Positions 42,001 through 58,325 of a stretch of DNA of 64,000 nt are shown here, in pieces. The stretch is from positions 314,898,001 through 314,962,000 of the forward strand of contig OZ024741.1 of NCBI GenBank assembly GCA_964016885.1, written 5' to 3'. Position 1 is the first letter of the stretch. The number at the start of each line of letters is the position of its first letter. Source of the stretch: Eledone cirrhosa (lineage: Eukaryota). A program made the translations under genes and the position numbers. The notes beneath the pieces were generated by a model. That model ran no database searches. It had not been told where the DNA came from and saw nothing but the letters and a program-made list of their open reading frames with translations.

Positions 42001-43555
42001 TCTGGCAATTAAATCTGGCCTGTCATGTGGCTTCTGATTCAGGAATAGGTTTTGCCGTATTTCAGGCCAGTTTGGATTGCATGTCATTGTGAGGAAGAAC
42101 GAAGGATTGCCGTACTTCCTGGCATCGCTCCATCATATATCTCGGTCCACTGACAAATGTGGAAGAGAGTATGATTCGTCTGCCAATATTGCTAAAATCG
42201 TCATCATCATTCAATGTGTCAGTAAGCCCTTGTATGTTGTAGATCGCAATGATGTTTGATGCATTCGGATGTATTGCAGTCTATCTACTTCAATCTTCGC
42301 AGCCATGTCAACCAAATATTGCTGAAATAAACGACCGCCTCTGAGAAGTTGGTTGAATTCATTCTCATGGTTCATTATTTGATAGGCATAGAAGCGCATT
42401 GGCGTCAACTTCTTGTTGTTGCTCATTAACAGCTCATGATGCCATCCGTCATCGCCAAAAGGAAAAAATAGAACATACTGCAAACTGTCATAGGACATAT
42501 GGGAATCTGAGATTATTAGCAATTGTCCGCTTTTTTCTTTTAACACAATGTGCCGTGCTTTTGCTTGAAGTTCGGTGCTGTTTTGTATAATAACGGCAAC
42601 TTCGTTTGCAGTTTGTGCATTGAATCTTCTCTCATGTTGCATTGCTTGTCTCCTATCAGGATCAATGATAATCGAAGCTTCGGGAATATTTTTAATTTGT
42701 TCTTTTGCCATTCGAAATGAAACAACGTAAGGGTTATATTGTCTGAGTATTATTTCCAATAATTCAACTATGTCGCGCTGAAAGCCAACGTTATGGAGTA
42801 TCCTGATCCTCAAATCAACACTATCCTGAGGATCCAAGAAGTAAATTTGAAGAAATTTGGGTTGTTCGTTGGGATTAGGGGTTAAGGAACCAATGTAATG
42901 GTGAATTTGACCATGAATAACGATAGAAGGATTCCATCCACTCCTTGAGGAACGAACTTCATCGACCCCAAACATGTCATTTGGAACAGGCAGTTGTATT
43001 GTCTGAGGTCCTTCCTGAACTCGTTTGCCCTAGGTTGATCAGTACTAAATAAACTGTGAAGTTCCTAGGGTAAAGGCTGCAGATTCCCCACCTGACTTTT
43101 TAATCATACAGCCAAAGTTAGCAGTTTCACCATGAAAAAGCATTGCATGACAACAGACACAGATCTTATTCAACTGTCCAACATCAGCTGAGAGGTCACG
43201 TCGTTGAACTGTCCTTGTTCTTTCCCTAATGGTTTGTTGGCAAAGACGTTCAGTTCTCCGACCATCAGATTCATGATCTCTCCTGCTTCTGTCTCTTTCC
43301 CTCTGTCCCGCCAGACGCGCAGCTCTCCGACTATCTGATTCATGATCTCTCCTACTTCTGTCACATTCCCTCTGTTCCGCCAGACGCGCAGCCCTTGCTA
43401 TATCAGTTCTCATCGATCCTTCTATTCGCATGCCTGTTCCGAAAATGTTGGCGTTGACTACTATCTTTCCCACCTTCTTCGGATCTCCTTAGCCGTGCTT
43501 TCTTTCCCCTATCGATAGACCAACCAGATGTTTTCTTTCTTCCTCGTCGAGGCAT
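39087..43555 (-). pseudogene. Helitron Rep/Pif1 helicase, multiple frameshifts, SINE-interrupted
   Basis: GRLFQQYLVD, TCNPNWPEI, RPDLIARVF, VEYQKRGLPHVH (HUH), YVIKYTMKGSD (Y2), DAPGGTGKTF, IVWDE, GDFRQLFPV, QFPV..FAMTIHKAQ, GQLYVALSR. Confidence 0.93.
40999..41179 (-). mobile_element. tRNA-derived SINE (Nin/Deu-like core) inserted in the Helitron
   Basis: Minus-strand A box TGGCAGTATCGG, B box GAGTTCAAATCC, core GCCTTTCATCCTT..GGGGTCGATAAAA; 14-bp TSD CGGCATAATACAAT (40985-40998 and 41180-41193). Confidence 0.9.
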
Positions 43556-45092
43556 TATTTAAGAAAAGAAAATCGTATTCACCTTAGTAAAAATTCCTAT
43601 TACCTCAACAAATATTCTTTTTAAATCATCATTTAGAAATATTTCTAAATAATGAAAATATTGTCTGTTAAACAACTCGTATTTTTCAAATCATATTCAC
43701 TAAAAAAATACTTATTAATAATTAAAATATTCTGTTTAAAGAAAGCTGAAATATATATACTCAGTGTACAAATAATTTGTATTTTTTAAGTCATTTTCAC
43801 TTAAGAATATTTTTTAAATATAGATACTTGAAGTATAAACAATTTGTAGTTTTGAAATCATATTTACTGAGAAATCACTGAAAAATCTTTTTTTAATAAT
43901 TATTAAAAATATTTATCGAATGAGGAAAATAGTTTATGTCGATTTACGTCAAACTTGTTTTATCACCATTTCACGGTTATGTCACTTACAGGGCTATTTT
44001 CCCATTATGCACTGTTTTGGCTATTTACGAAGGTATCCTACACACACGCACACACACACACACATACACACACACACACACACAAATATATATATATATA
44101 TATATATTTATAAAGAATTAGTATATCTACTAACATATATATACAGATGCATACATATGCTAGCAAATATATAGGTTTTGTCTTAGTAACTTTGTGGTTC
44201 AATGCAAGGGGATGCAGAACAATAACATGAAAGACGTAAAATAAGAAAATTATAAAAATTAACTTACTAACTAAAATTTCACTCCAACTAATTAGTTTCA
44301 TAAAGTTAAAACTAGAAATGTAGTGTATAGCATAAGATGTACTGAAGGACAATGTAGAGACAAAAATATAGTGTACATAGGTGAGACAGCTCATAGTGTA
44401 GGGGAACGGATAAATGAACACTGGCGAGACCTTCAAGATAGTAAAAATTATCTGTACTCTACCAACATGCTAAAATAGAATATAAGGGTAAATTAGAGAA
44501 CATAGAAATAAAAATAGAATCTACACACAGAAAAGACGCAATGTTTAGACAAATCACAGAGGCAATAAACATAAAAGAATTACAACCAAAATTAAATAAA
44601 AAATATGAGTGGAACAGCAACATCACAACTTACAATTAAGGACAAAATGAAAACACGCACACACATAGAACAAACAACCAACCGGTAACATGTAAATAAA
44701 CAAATAAATAAACAAATATAAACACACACAGACACCCGGATGTGGCGCATGCGCAGACTGAGCACACAACACACACACAGAAACAAAATGGCGTAGGACA
44801 GAACAAAGGAGAGGCACAAAAACAAAGAAAAGAATCCCCAGTCACTGAAGAGGTCACAGAATGTGTGACAAAAGAACTTTGACAATATATAAACAACTAT
44901 CTGGTTGTGGAACCAACCAACCAACCAGAAATATATAAATTCCTAAATTTATAAATTTATTATAATAAATTGAAGTGAAAGCGATTGGTGCGTGTGTTTC
45001 TTATTGGCAACATGACCCTCCCAAAGTATAACAATATCGGTTTCAACACACGATTTCATATAAAGAATCTTGCTAAACAAATTCAGAAACGA

Positions 45093-45159
<67 letters not shown>

Positions 45160-45194
45160 GTGTGTGTGTGTGTGTGTGTGGAACGTTTTTATTT

Positions 45195-45868
45195 GGCGTT
45201 GTTGAAAAGAGCTGTGGCCTTTGACCTGGCAATAAAAAACTGTAGACAAAATTATTTCTGTAACATGGCACACACACACACAGGTTTGTGTGTGTGTGTA
45301 TGTATATATATGTGTGTGTGTGTGTGTGTCTGTGTATCTATCTATGTTTATATATAAGGGATAAAAATATTGTTTTCTCAGTCACCAAGCTTCTCAATTC
45401 ATTCCTTACTACTTATTTTGCTACGAGGTATATTATTTTGCAAGGTACTATTTTTCCCCTGAGTTTATGATTTCAGAGAAATGTAAGAAATTCTTCATAT
45501 TTTGCATCTTTTGTATTTTGACTTTGCAGTTTGAATTGTAGAATTGTCTATCCACTCAAAATATGGCAACCACTAACAGTGAAATATAGAGTTAAAAAAA
45601 AAAAATCTTTTTCGACTGAGATCAAATGATTTTTTTCATTTCAAAAATATATAATTTGAAATAGCTTGCTTTTGTTTTGGACTGAAACTTTTTTGTATTT
45701 AATTCGTACGAGTATTTTTTCAAGAATCTAAGATAACTTGATTTGGCCCAGTAATCTACTGATATCAAAATCAGTAGTATATTGAAAAATGGAAAAATAG
45801 GGTAGGGGGCGTTTCGTAATTTCGAAGGGCAAAAGGTGGTGTTTGGCCAAAATGGGTTGAGAACATTT
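45195..45868 (-). mobile_element. hAT-like non-autonomous element end, inverted relative to 57035-57825
   Basis: Reverse-complement match to 57035-57825; terminus GGTTGAGAAC resembles hAT/Charlie TIRs. Confidence 0.6.
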
Positions 45869-46273
45869 GATGTTGACCAGTTCTACTTATTGGTGAAATG
45901 CATTCGAAGTTCAGAGAGTGGGATTGGCTCCCTGCAAAGCCCTTCGCCGCTTAAAATAGTTTCAAGCACAGGCATCGCTTGATAAGTGACATTTTTTGCG
46001 TTGCATGGTATTGCTGTCCATAGGCATTGTTGAAAAGCCATGTCCATGATGCACATGCTCAAGTATCAAGCGATGGCATTATTCGATATCGAGTTGCAAC
46101 CATCATATACATATCAATAAAAGCTCGGATACCATATTCCGTTGATTCAGTTTTATTAAACTCCGTTATACATATTTCGCTGAGGATTCTTGCACCATTT
46201 ATATAGGTCATTGAGCGCTTCATTTGATATGGTTCACAATCGGCAGGACATAATGTGCGGTAGCTCCATACTC

Positions 46274-46339
<66 letters not shown>

Positions 46340-46855
46340 TTTATATATATATTAAATTCAAAGGGGTAAATATATATAATTAGACATAGTCACAGATATA
46401 TATATGAGTTTGGCAATCTTTCAGGTGAGGAAATAGTGTACATATTTTATCTAATAGTTCTTCAGACTTACAATTTATATATATATATATATATATATAT
46501 TGAATTATTGTCGTTATGTGTAAGAATATCACTAATAATTTTAGTAGAATTGACTCAAGGAAAGACTTCTGATATTTGTACATGCAATGTTTCTAATTAT
46601 ACTGTTCATTTTTTTCCATGAGTTCATAAGATATTGTAAAATTGCTTTTATGCTTTTACACAGACACAAAACCCCTCTCTATAATATACCGCCGTAGCAA
46701 TATATTATTTAATAGTTGTATTCAGAATCATTTGTTTATCACCACTTTAAACTTATATTTTTTTCTTATTGATATGGTATAAAATTGATATCACAAATAT
46801 ATCTGTATGTAATTACTTATATCTTCAACATTATCTTATATACTGATATTTTCAG

Positions 46856-46987
46856 AATGCCAATTAGGAATGTTTGGTGTTGATTGTAAAGAGACATGCC
46901 ATTGTAAAGGGAATTTTACCTGTGACAAACGATTTGGAATATGTCCAGATGGATGTGCTGAAGGTTATACTGGTCATAATTGTCAAG
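46856..46987 (+). CDS. EGF-like repeat exon 7 (membrane-proximal)
   Basis: AG/GT bounded, 132 nt, phase 1-1; (E)CQLGMFGVDCKETCHCKGNFTCDKRFGICPDGCAEGYTGHNCQ. Confidence 0.92.
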
Positions 46988-47004
46988 GTATGATGGTTCT
47001 TACC

Positions 47005-47071
<67 letters not shown>

Positions 47072-48657
47072 CCATAAACCAAGGTTTTTAAATCATGTCC
47101 ATCATTAATAACGACAATTGTTTCTATACAAATGAGAGACGTGTATTTACGTTTAAACAATTAATCAATCTGTTACAATTAAGAATTATTTGCATCGTAT
47201 TAATCTTCAAATGCATTTATTCGGAAGAGTGACAGAATAAATTATTTCTTCACAAGTAGCAAGATTATAAGCAAGCCATAGAAGAATCAAGAGAACAAAT
47301 GGAAGCAGATAAATGGCAAATAAAGTGAAATATAATTTTAAGGCTTGAGACTTATAGCCATAAATTGTATAGCCATATATAGCACTCTAGAATGCGAAAT
47401 CATTAAACTAAGCATGAAGACTTCTGCAAAAGTAGGCTCATTATTGTTTATTCTTGTTACTCAGAGATAAACGAAAATCTGAATTTGAAATCATTTTCAC
47501 CATGATAGGAACAGCAGTTGTTTTTATAACAGTATGGGATTAATGAATTCAAATATAGCGCTGTTATTACGCCAATGGTGGTGATTTTACCCTTAAGCGA
47601 TCTGCTAAATTTATGTCCGGTGTTACTACGTCAGCATAGCAAATTGCATTACTAATGACTTAGAATAGTACTACTTTTAGTATTATGAGTGTGAATTGCA
47701 GCTGTTGAAAGATATAGTGAACAATTAAGTTGATATAATAGACTTAAACATCCTTAAGTTCACTCATATCATATATATAAACGCAAGCCACTCTCATATA
47801 TCACCATACCAAGAGAGTTAGAGGTGTAATATCTTAGACGGTTAACATAAGACTGTCTGAAGACGAATAGCTTTTAAAAAATACGCACGCATGGATATAT
47901 TCATATATATGTACGCACTTGTTTGTACATCCATTTATGCGTATAATAGAAAGTATTCATCCTGATATATACACCTTTAGTACTTCTTAATAGACTACAC
48001 TGTAACCTATAGATAAGTAACCTAATCTAGAAATTATTTATAACATCATATGATAGGCACTTATTTGAAACACCATTAATGTAATTTAGGATAATAAATT
48101 TAACTGAGAAAATCAGCTAGTTACCTCCCCTTACGCATGAACTCCCCTTACGCATTAACTCCCCTTGGTCACACACACACTTCCGGAATATAATATCATC
48201 TCACAAAACTAAACAACATGATCTATTAATTAAAATTGTACAAGATATGGTTTATAACTTGGTTCTATGCTGAACCATCGTGGATTGTATTATAGACCTG
48301 TACTCTATATATTGCGTTTCATGGATTATGTGAGTGGTGGTGTGCGCGAAGACAGTGGTACTGTTTTGCCTATGTTATAATATGTTTTATAATATGTTTG
48401 ATATTTTTGATATTTTGGTGTTTCTCTACATTCGGCATTGTATATCATACAGGTGTATGCAAAAAAATGATTTAACAATACAGCCCGCATAATACTATCG
48501 ATTGCCTGCTTTAACTGCCTGATCCTACAAGTAACAATCTGCCGCACTCTAATCCTGTATAAATAAGACACGCATGCATTCTACGCGTGAGATTGTTTCA
48601 TACACTGACTTCTCTAAACTTTCCTCTTGCTTTATCTTCATAAACTGCCAATGTTTC

Positions 48658-49226
48658 ATTTTTATTTTTATTTTTATTTTTATTTTTATTTTTATTTTTA
48701 TTTTTATTTTTATTTTTATTTTTATTTTTATTTTTATTTTTATTTTTATTTTTATTTTTATTTTTATTTATTTTTATTTTTATTTTTATTTTTATTTTTA
48801 TTTTTATTTTTATTTTTATTTTTATTTTTATTTTTATTTTTATTTTTATTTTTATTTTTATTTTTATTTTTATTTTTATTTTTATTTTTATTTTTATTAT
48901 TTTTATTTTTATTTTTATTATTTTTATTTTTATTTTTATTTTTATTTTTATTTTTATTTTTATTTTTATTTTTATTTTTATTTTTATTTTTATTTTTATT
49001 TTTATTTTTATTTTTATTTTTATTTTTATTTTTATTTTTATTTTTATTTTTATTTTTATTTTTATTTTTATTTTTATTTTTATTTTTATTTTTATTTTTA
49101 TTTTTATTTTTATTTTTATTTTTATTTTTATTTTTATTTTTATTTTTATTTTTATTTTTATTTTTATTTTTATTTTTATTTTTATTTTTATTTTTATTTT
49201 TATTTTTATTTTTATTTTTATTTTTA
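48658..49226 (+). repeat. (TTTTTA)n hexamer array
   Basis: About 570 bp of nearly pure TTTTTA. Confidence 0.97.
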
Positions 49227-49359
49227 TACTGCTATATCATTATGACGGATGTCATCCTACTGTGGGTCAATATATGCATATGTTTTTATATGTTTTTATA
49301 TTTTTTATATGTCTCTTGTATTGAAAAGGAGGTCAAGTATGTTATAGATCACTAAATAG

Positions 49360-49408
49360 TTGCTCCGAAGAATCCAAACCTCGGTTTGGAGGAAACAATT
49401 GTAAGCAA
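49360..49408 (+). ncRNA. Hammerhead motif with U4C core variant
   Basis: ttgct-CCGAAGA-a tccaaacc/ggtttgga g-GAAA-caattg-TA-agcaa. Confidence 0.65.
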
Positions 49409-49606
49409 ATAAATGATTTAAACTGAACTTTGATTATTGTAATCTCTATATAACTGCTCTGTAAAACAACCGATGTTATTACATTGAGCTATTTATCTTA
49501 CTGGTAATAAGATAGTAATGAATGACTATCTTCCACTATTTGTATAAAAAAGATATATAACCATAAAAGGTTTTATTATATACATAACCATAAATAGTAT
49601 CCTTAA

Positions 49607-49679
<73 letters not shown>

Positions 49680-49681
<2 letters not shown>

Positions 49682-51555
49682 TTAGTTAAGCAAAACAAGA
49701 CCACACATTTCACAAGGAAGACATTATTAAAATATTGTCAACATATTGTAGTTTGATGTAATGAATGTAGACAATAGTAATAATAATAATATTAATAATA
49801 ATAATGTCCGTTTACAATTGTTTCGCTACTCCATATAATATTTCTGGATCAAACGATTATAGATCATTATTGAACTGGTTCAGTTGAAAATAATTAACAT
49901 AGGTAAAAATAGAGCAGCTCATCGGAACTCCAAAAGGAATATAAATTAAAATAAGGTAAGAATGTTACATGAATGTAATGTTCCATATATTGGTATTTCA
50001 CTATGGTGTCCTGGGTATATCTATTGTCTACCATAGTCGAGCAGTATTCTTCTGTCGAGGCTGCATTGTGTGAGATCTGACTATGGGTAACAAGATGGCC
50101 GCCAAAGGACATATTTACCTTACTAATTAGAGGGGGATTTCATGGGAACTAATTCCTCGAGAGATTAGAGATTGTGGGTAGTTTATAGTTAAGAAGTTCT
50201 AATTTTTTTAATTTTTTAATTGAGAGACAATGTAAGGGAAGTAACTTATAATTATCTAAGTTAGCTATAACTATTTAACTTATTAGCTACAAGTAAAAAT
50301 GGGGCTAGATGACTATGTTGTGTCAAATATTCTGTTGGCGAAGGAATTAGCCCTTCGATGTTGACAGCTAATAGTTACCCCCGTTCTATCGTTGATCGGT
50401 AGAGGTCGTGATAGAGTTATGTAATATGCTTCGGTAAGACAGAGGTCACAAGAGTTTCTTCGTCCATTGAACGGTTGGGTCCTAGCCAAGATATCCCATG
50501 TTAGTGTGTGTTTAGTGTTTGTTAATTTAAGGTTTTTAATGAGCCTAGCTAGAGATGTCGAACATCTGTTGTTAGGGTCTCGGAAAGAAAAAGAGTGCGC
50601 GTTATAGCGTACCTTAAAAGGGTTAGAGGTAGAGCCGATATAGGAGCTGGTATGCGAAGCAGTTTTAACCGTGCACCTATAAACTATGTTGGGTGTCAGG
50701 CAATGTCCATTTAGTGGGCATGCATTAGGGTAACACCAGTTGCAGTTACTTCTGCGGTTAGTGATGGTAGGGTTGTTTAACCTAAGCGGATGGTCAATGC
50801 TAGAAGGATTAGATGGGGGGACGTGTGCTACTAGAGTAAGTATTGGTGTAGTTGCGTGGTGTATTTGATGGGGTGGTGGTACCGCGGTGTGAGAATTATA
50901 CTGTCTTAGTTTATGACGGTTACTGAATGCGATGTGGCTAGCTAGGTTAGGTGTTTTGGAAAATGAGATTTTAATGTTATTTGTATTAAAGAGTTTGTAA
51001 TATCTATGGTTGGGGGAAATGTTTAGATAGGATAGAGAAGAAGTGTTTAGGGATATTAGTGGCTAGAGTAGATGAGAATGGGGGGTTAAGCCAGGTGATA
51101 TTTCTAGGCCTATTCCTTCTAGGGGTTCTAGAGGAGTTGGTAGGGGTCTTCATAGGGTTATTATTACCTGGGCATTTGTTATTTGTCATCCCATTGCTCA
51201 TTCCTATTCTAGGGTTGATTTTTAGTTTGCTATTTGGATATTGGTGTATTAAGGTTCCCTGTATAAGTGCTGTTACTGTTAAACTTCCGGCTAATCTGGC
51301 TATATGCTAAGGTATTTCTAGTTCTAGTGTTAAGATTATTATGGCTGTGGTGAAGTGCTGTGTTATGGCATTTAGGCATGTAGTAAATGGACTGTTCATA
51401 ACCAGATTCAGAAAGGGCCTTATTATAATATGCCGCATGGTTTATAAATATCTCCTCATTTGCTGATAGCATGGAGATCCTATACGAGATGGATTTGATT
51501 ACTGCTCTGATGACTGCCGTTGGATGGTTAGAGTGTGGGCTAATATATGTAAGTA
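49680..51555 (-). mobile_element. Penelope-like (Neptune-type) 3' half, decayed
   Basis: SNHP..ISYRISMLS, RNITWLNPPFS, CPLNGHCLTPNIVYRC..YIGSTSNPFKVRY, CDLCLTE, CQHRR; hammerhead motif at its 3' end. Confidence 0.85.
49810..49928 (-). ncRNA. Hammerhead motif at PLE 3' end, U4C variant, long stem II
   Basis: Minus strand: gtt-CCGATGA-gctgctcta..tggagtagc-GAAA-caattg-TA-aac. Confidence 0.6.
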
Positions 51556-51777
51556 ATATATGAAATTTGTGGTCTTGTTTTGCTTAACTAAGAATATTTC
51601 CAGTTATGTGCACCTAACCTCTGCATGAACCCAGCCACCTAGCTGCCTTCCACTGCATATTGCACATTGAGCACATGCCTTTACGCTTTGGCTTCTAACT
51701 AATTCACCAATCTCTCTTCTCCTCTCCTATCTCCCCTCCTATCTCCATCTCTCTCTTTAATATTGGTTACTCTTGAA

Positions 51778-53377
<1,600 letters not shown>

Positions 53378-53455
53378 ATATACACACATACCACATATAT
53401 ATATATACATCAAACACAATATATACATATACATACACACACACACATATATATG

Positions 53456-53515
<60 letters not shown>

Positions 53516-53751
53516 ACATACATACAAATATTTATTTTCTACATACATACATAAATATATATCTATATCTATATCTATATATATATATCATATACACACC
53601 CCATATATATTTTTTTTCTACACATATACCATACATACATGTTATATATACACCATATATATCCTGTACATATACCACACATATATCCCACACATATATC
53701 ATATACATACCCTACATACATATTATATATATCTCCCACATATATACACAC

Positions 53752-53789
<38 letters not shown>

Positions 53790-54419
53790 GTATATATATA
53801 TCCCATAAAAACACATATTTTATAGATACATACACACATACATATACACACACAAATATACATTCACACACACATACATATACATACACACACATATATA
53901 TTCGATATAAACACATTTTATACCTCCTACATATATATATATATTTGTACATATACATATATATATATATATATACACTACATATATATACATGTAAATA
54001 TCTTATACACATATCGACACATACATATATACACATACATACATATGTATATACACATATCTATCTCACACATACGCACGTGCATATATACACACATATA
54101 TAAATATACACACACACATATACACACATACACATAAACATGTACACATATATCTGTATACCTACAGGCACATATATAAAAAAACACATCTATACATACA
54201 TATATCTATACACACATACACTCAAGTGTTTAAGTTCATATATACATTGGTGTGGGGAAGGGGAAATTAATTAAATGTTCTTGTACCTCTGAGGATTTTT
54301 CTTCTCTTCAGCGATCGAATTTTTGAAAGTACGCGTGTCATCAACTATTTTTCTTTTTCAATATGAGATTTCTTTAAAGAAAAGAGAACGGGAGAATCCC
54401 GTTGCTTGAAAACGGAATA

Positions 54420-55500
54420 TCACTTTTTTGTGTTCAGTAGTGGTTTGTATTTTCTAATAAAGAATTCTTCTTTATATTTTCGGAAGTGTTCGTTGTCCGA
54501 CCATATCTTAAATAAGGGGAAACATTGTGAAATTTCCCTTTCCGTATGTTGCGAAGTGTTCACTGCATGTGGTGTTTCTGACAGAGGTGTCTCTAATTGG
54601 TTGTTTATGTACTCAAAATCTGTTATGTAGACCCGTTCCGGTTTCACCAATGTAGTACTCTTTACGTTGTGGGCAGGTTGCAAAGTAAATCAAGTTTTTT
54701 TGTTTAGCAATTCATGTTTGCATTATCTGTGAAAAACTGGTTGATTTTAAAGATTTGTCCACCCTCTTCAATGAGTTCGCAAGTTCCGCATCAGGGTCCC
54801 CGCATTTCTTAACTTGCATTGTTTCATTATTAGACGTCAATTTTGCCTTGGTAAGCCTTTTCTTTGGGTTGGGCGCTTGGCGTCTACTATATATAATGTG
54901 TGCGTCTTTTATGAGTGCATTCATTTTGGGGGACTACTGGAGAATAGGGAGATATTGTTTGGCGGCTTTTACAATGTTGAAGTTCCTTGGATTGTGAGTG
55001 ATGACAAAAGGGATAACTGTTTTTTCCATTCTATTGTGTTGCTTTGTTTTTCTCAGTGTTATTACTGGGATGTTCTTGGCTTTGGAGATGGCTGTGTTGA
55101 TGAGGTTCACCGGATATTCTTGTCGCTTAAGGTCTTTTTTAATTCATATAATGTTTTTTCTTGTAGTGTGGGGTGTATGACTATAGTGCAGATGCGTCTT
55201 GCCATGTTAAAAGGAATGTTCCTTTTGGTATGTGATGGGTGTGCTGAACGGAAATTCAAGTATTGGTGTGTGTCTGTTGGTTTGTAAAATAAGTCCGTTT
55301 TTATATTTTCCCCTTCCTTAATGATAAGGATATCCGGAATCGGTAGCTCCTTTTTATTACATTCCATGGTGAATTTTATTTCTTCGTGAACATTGTTTAT
55401 CTTTGATATAGAAATCTGTAGAAGATATTCTTTATGGATTTGGAAGAGTTGATTCAACTATGCCATTATAAACTCATCAAATAAAACCAGCAGGAGAGTA
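54420..55500 (-). mobile_element. Penelope-like 3' fragment (RT thumb + GIY-YIG), frameshifted
   Basis: IKFTME..LPIPDILI..TDLFYKPTDTHQYLNFRSAHP, RQAPN, LIYFATC..YYIGETG. Confidence 0.87.
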
Positions 55501-55557
55501 TGTTTACGACTGCCTTCTCAAACACCCTTATCTTACAACCTCACCATTTTCTGAGTG

Positions 55558-55588
<31 letters not shown>

Positions 55589-55844
55589 ACGTGAGTGTGT
55601 GTGTATGTATACTTTAATTCCTCCGGACCTTCATCATCATCAACACTCATTAACACCACACGCCACGCCACACCCCAGACACATCAAAATCTCTCTTATA
55701 TATAGTCACACATTTCAACACAACCTGATCTCAGTTTGACAATCGCCACAGACAGACGAATGCGGGAATGTTCTCCAATCCAACTTAACCAGGATTCTCT
55801 AAAATTCTTCCCACCGAAGTTAACAAAGAACTTACTGGATCTAC

Positions 55845-56055
55845 TATTGGTTAGTATTCAGTTTTGCTTTTAAGTTTTACCGGTTGCGCATTTCTAATGC
55901 TTTCCAAAAATAATTTTGAGATAGAGCGCCCATGATGTTTGCTCTAATCTGATTAGAGCAAACATCACGAGCGCTTTATCTCAAAATTATTTTCGAAAAG
56001 CATTAGAAATGCGCAACCGGTAAAACTTAAAACCGAAACTGAATACTAACCAATA
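55845..56055. mobile_element. Hairpin MITE flanked by TA
   Basis: About 105-bp near-perfect inverted arms with a 1-nt loop; TA at both ends (Tc1/mariner-type TSD). Confidence 0.75.
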
Positions 56056-56211
56056 CTTTTACTAATTTTTACTTATTCCTAATTAAACTATTTTTCACTG
56101 GGAACAATTTGTCAGCATTTTCTTTTCCTTTTACTAATATATCATAACTCATGTGTTACACCTCTATTCTTTTAAATATATATATATATATAATATTTTA
56201 CCTTTGAACAG

Positions 56212-56305
56212 AAACACACGGACTCAAACCCGCTTACATGGCGACGATTTTGGTGTTCTTACTTTTCCTGTTAATATCATCTGTGGTTGCACTAGTCATT
56301 TACGG
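56212..56305 (+). CDS. Transmembrane exon of the multi-EGF gene
   Basis: TTTTACCTTTGAACAG acceptor, GG|GTATGT donor; phase-1 entry matches the EGF exons; (E)THGLKPAYMATILVFLLFLLISSVVALVIY(G) contains an uninterrupted hydrophobic run of more than 20 aa. Confidence 0.8.
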
Positions 56306-56593
56306 GTATGTGATTTCTTGTATCAATACAATTGTTATAAGTAATTGGTGAATTTCAATCTGTCTGATGTTTAGATTTAGAGTCAATAAAATTGTATTTT
56401 TATATTTGTATATTGTGTCATTGACCTCCGTATGTTTCAGCGATGAGTTTTCAATATGAAAACTTATTTTCCCAGTTAGGTTGTCGGTGAATATTAATGA
56501 CCAGGTATAATATTAAATGTACTAATTGCAGTGGTTTCACTAATTATTGCCTCATAATTTGACCAGGAGATTTAAAAATTTTCTTTTTGACAG

Positions 56594-56699
56594 AAACATA
56601 GTGATTGTGTTTGATAGGCTAAAACAATTTTTGCCTTCATGTTATTTGAATAGAGATACACCAGGCATAATGTTGGAAACTGTAAAGTATTACATCTAG
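56594..56699 (+). CDS. Candidate terminal (cytoplasmic tail) exon
   Basis: Pyrimidine-rich acceptor TTTTCTTTTTGACAG; open in the phase-2 frame required by the TM exon: (G)NIVIVFDRLKQFLPSCYLNRDTPGIMLETVKYYI*; the other two frames stop within 7 codons. Confidence 0.5.
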
Positions 56700-57034
56700 T
56701 TCTCAATATTGTGAAATTCCTATATATTTCATATCAGTATTTTATTGTTTTGGCTAGAAATATTTTGATTTGCTAATTGCATTTTCTATAACCCATGCAA
56801 AATTAAGTGTCTGTCTTTTTTTTACCGTTACAATTACAAAATGTCACGAGTCAAACGCATACTTATTGAAACAGCTTATAATTGAGTCTAATATGTAGAA
56901 GTCTAATATAGTCACTACTGGTTTAGTTGTAAATACAATGAACACAATGATACAGACCTATATATACGAAGAGAGAGACATATAAGTAAGCTGTAAGTCG
57001 ACAACTTGGTTAGATTTAATATTTAGTTTAGACC

Positions 57035-57825
<791 letters not shown>

Positions 57826-57835
57826 AATTACAACG

Positions 57836-57885
<50 letters not shown>

Positions 57886-58015
57886 TGATACCTTGAGATA
57901 CGAGTGAACCGACATGCGAGTTTTTTGAGATACGATCCATCACTCGCTAATTGTTTGCCTTGTTATACGAGCTGAGTTTTGAGATACGAGCTACGAGCTA
58001 GCGTGTGCCTGAGAG

Positions 58016-58325
58016 GGTGTGCAGAATTAATTTTGCCACTGAATTAATTTCGCACGGTGAACCCCAACCAAAGTTACTCCTGTCGTTTATATCTGTAAAG
58101 TGACTAAAGATTAAAACAAATGTAATATATTTACGGTTAGGGTTAGGGTGAATTAACCCTAACCCTAACCCTAACCATAACCCTATAAAATAACCCTAAC
58201 CCTAACCATAACCGTAAATATATTACATTTGTTTTAGTCACTTTACGGATATAAACGACGGGAGTAACTTTCGTTGGGGTTCACCGGGCAAAATTAATTC
58301 AGTGGCGAAATTAATTCAGTAACCC
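58016..58325. mobile_element. MITE with telomere-like (TAACCC)n core nested in the Tigger
   Basis: About 130-bp inverted arms; 8-bp direct repeat CCTGAGAG at 58008-58015 and 58326-58333. Confidence 0.85.

Larger units (their letters stand above)
37620..44040 (-). mobile_element. Helitron (decayed autonomous copy), boundaries approximate
   Basis: RepHel coding region; subterminal repeat CCGATTTACGCGAAA-like at about 38137, 38780 and 43940; possible decayed CTAG/hairpin termini near 37622 and 38282. Confidence 0.85.

Noticed and set aside
48574-49355. 223-aa and 242-aa FY/FL ORFs
   Set aside because: Translation of the (TTTTTA)n array
58135-58215. Telomere or chromosome-fusion site
   Set aside because: Short, degenerate and enclosed in a TSD-flanked MITE
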